Of a stretch of 64,000 nucleotides of DNA, positions 61,401 through 64,000 are shown in pieces. A program made the position numbers and the translations under genes. Source of the stretch: Camelus ferus (lineage: Eukaryota). The stretch lies in NCBI RefSeq assembly GCF_009834535.1, contig NC_045697.1, forward strand, positions 13,456,001 to 13,520,000, written 5' to 3'. The notes below the pieces were generated by a model. The model did no database searches. It was not told the origin of the DNA and was given only the letters and a program-made list of their open reading frames with translations. The number at the start of each line of letters is the position of its first letter. The first letter of the stretch is position 1.

Positions 61401-62454
61401 CAAGAAATAATTGTGAAATTATTACTAAAATATCCTCCATTTATAATTAAAATATAAAGAGCTTTGATCCAATCATTCTGCTTGGATAGTTTCATTCATG
61501 CCTCAATGTACCTTCTCTCTTCCAAGGAAGCAGGTCACCACCGTAAACAAGCTGCCTCCCTCAGCTCTGAAAGTGATGGTTCCCACCCAGAGTTCTAATT
61601 TCAAGGCCAACTGTAACCTGAAGCTCAAATTCAAGGTAACCCAGACACCTGGATGTGAGTCTCGGAATGTCTCTCTAGGCTTAGCTTGTTTCCCCGGACC
61701 CATGTTTCACCCCACCCAGCAGGGCCACCTTTCTTACTTTGAATTCCTAAGTTTTCATCCTTATCACATAGGATTTCTCCTTTGGTGCCACATCTGAGTG
61801 AGTTTCCTCAAAACTCTGCTTGGGAAAAATAGCATTTATTTGTCTACTAGCTCTGATAATAAGCCTAGGTGAGGAACAAGCATCCAGAAATAAAACCCTG
61901 TATGAAAAATAGCTCCATCTTTAAAACATCGACACGGGCAGTTGGTACTGAGCTGCCTCTGTGTGTACACACCACCTGTCCCAGGGCTCGCTGACTGTTC
62001 TAGAACAGCCCTTGCCTTTCCACACAGGGCTTATTTTTAAATATGCTTCAAACTTCAGTATAGGAGTGAATCCCTTAGTGGAGACGTCAAAGTCTCAAAT
62101 AAGGCAAGTGTGTTCCTCTTCTACACACCCTGAACTTTCTATGAATTTGTTCATTTGACATTTTGTGTTCAGAACCTACATGTGCTGGGTACTCTTAGAC
62201 ATTAGTTATATGATGGAAAAACAATAACAACAAAATAAAACAGAATAAAACAGGTAAAAATTCCTATCTTCAGAAATCATACATTATGATAAGGGAGAAA
62301 GATGACAAACTGGGAAAAAAAACCCAGTAAAATAAAAAATATATTACATAGTTTTTGAGCTGATATTTACTACCTAACTCTGGGTCTTTGAACTCAAGAC
62401 TCAATTTACTATCTACCTTAAGAAGTGGAGTGTCGCATTAAGTAGACGTATGTT

Positions 62455-62870
62455 GTGTGCATCAGCCATTATTACCATAATAATGCCATTTAGCCAACTA
62501 CTTCCAAATCTTAGAGATGTTCACAATAAGCAATGATTTCTCACTCACACATCTGTGGTCAGGTGGGGTTCAGCTGATCTAGGTTGCTCCTGGCTGCACT
62601 TGACTCTGGATTAGATCATTGGCTACTTCAGGTATGTTTTCATAGGGAAAGGCAGGAACACATGAGGACACGTCCAATTGTACAAGTACACATCAAGTCT
62701 CCGCCATCACATCTGCCAACATCCAAACCTTTGGACAACCCAACACATCAAGCCCAAAGTCTTTCACAGGAAAGAATACTGCACCCACCACACGTCCATG
62801 GCAAGTGTGAAGATGAGTAATCATACTCTATGAGAATGAAGAATTGGGATCAGTTGTTCAAACTACCACA
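62455..62870 (-). mobile_element. MLT1 (I/J-type) LTR
   Basis: ACAATAAGCAATGATTTCTCACTCAC, TTCAGCTGATCTAGG, GAATGAAGAATTGGGA and an end at AACTACCACA. Confidence 0.75.
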
Positions 62871-63104
62871 TAATTCATTTCATTTTAAAGGGCCATTCAG
62901 TAGTTACAATGTTTGGGTTCAAGTCTGATGATTAAGAACTTTTGAAGGCTGAATTTAAGTAACAATGTAGTGAACTCTGTAAATCTCAGGTGCTTGTAAT
63001 TTGCTTATATGTAACTCAAGTCTAGTTTTTTTGTTTACTTGTTTGTTTTTTGCATAGCTAGTATTTCTTGGACTTCTCCTTTTTTTAACTTTTCATCTCT
63101 TTAC

Positions 63105-63295
63105 TGTGGAGGCAATATGGCTCTGTGGAAACAATGTTAGTAGGAATTCAAACACTCAGGATCCAGTTCCATATCTGCCACTAATTAACTCTCAGACCAT
63201 TGGCAAATTATCTCAAATTATTTTGGCCATGATCTCCTCTTCTGTAAAATGAGGGTTTGGACTGGATAGCTACATTTCCTTCCATCACTACAATT
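63105..63295 (+). mobile_element. MIR SINE (MIR3/MIRc-type)
   Basis: TCTGCCACTAATTAACT...TCTTCTGTAAAATGAGGGTTTGGACTGGAT. Confidence 0.65.
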
Positions 63296-64000
63296 GAATG
63301 AGTGCATGTTTACTGACATGGATGTGGGCCAATAGGCCTTGTCTTGTCTTTTTTTTTTTTTAATTTTTGTATCACATTAAGATTTCTCCACACCAAAAAT
63401 CCATGTGTGAATCAAAGTGGGGGTCCTGTCTAAAGTCAGCGTTTAAGCATTCCTTGAGTGGACCCAGAGTGAAACCAGCCCCCTGCTTCCCAGCCATGCA
63501 TTGTCAAATGTGGAGGACCCCTAACCATGAGATCAAGACTACCCATGATCCCAAATTATGTCCAGAACAGAGAGGATTTGCAGAGTTGGAATGAATACAC
63601 GAAACATGTTTATTTATATCCCCCAGGTTTGCATGGAAACCCAAATACATTTTGCATATGTGATGGTATTTGTCTTTTTGAAATTAGCACAAATTGCATG
63701 TTTGGGAAGTTAATAACATCACATATGCTTCTGACAGTGACATATTGGCAAACAGTTCTTCTAAACCATTGCACACGCTTCAACCACGCTGCAGCTGAGG
63801 TTCGATTCAAGCTGAAGCCCCAAGTGACTATAAACCAAACAATTATTTTTCTAGTCCTAATGTGTTTGCTTCCTAATGACCCACAGCCTTAAACTCACCC
63901 TGGGCAGGAGGGCTAAAACTTTCTTTTTTTAATGCTCCAGGACTCAACAGGGCAAGGCACATTCTGGAAGACTAGTTGCGGGTGACCAAAATGCAATTCA

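Noticed and set aside
1..64000. Host gene assignment or a novel multi-gene system
   Set aside because: I found no chain of frame-consistent exons and no recognisable protein. Locus identity needs alignment to a reference genome.

Overview
Mammalian non-coding DNA, AT-rich and CpG-depleted, either intergenic or deep intronic. It is most likely camelid (alpaca, llama or camel), inferred from three tRNA-Ala-derived SINEs resembling Vic-1. I find no credible protein-coding gene, RNA gene, CRISPR array or prokaryote-type system; the supplied ORFs are chance or repeat-derived. The window is a mosaic of interspersed repeats: old L1 and L2 LINEs, many MIRs, MLT1/MLT2 LTRs, hAT and Tigger DNA transposon relics, a younger 5'-truncated L1 with a TSD, and three ERV1-type solo LTRs with TG...CA ends and 4-bp TSDs. 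The most notable structure is a pair of related MER41-like solo LTRs inserted independently, in convergent orientation and 71 bp apart, into one MIR (52.6-53.9 kb). They carry STAT (GAS-type) and YY1 motifs and could fold back as dsRNA. Other points are a perfect 14-bp-stem hairpin at 10.1 kb, a 16-bp CpG-rich E-box palindrome at 31.2 kb, several repeat-poor motif clusters that may be enhancers, and a candidate non-coding exon. Repeat family names come from recalled consensus sequences, not a database search. Boundaries without TSD support are approximate. The sequence does not support a claim of a novel biological system.
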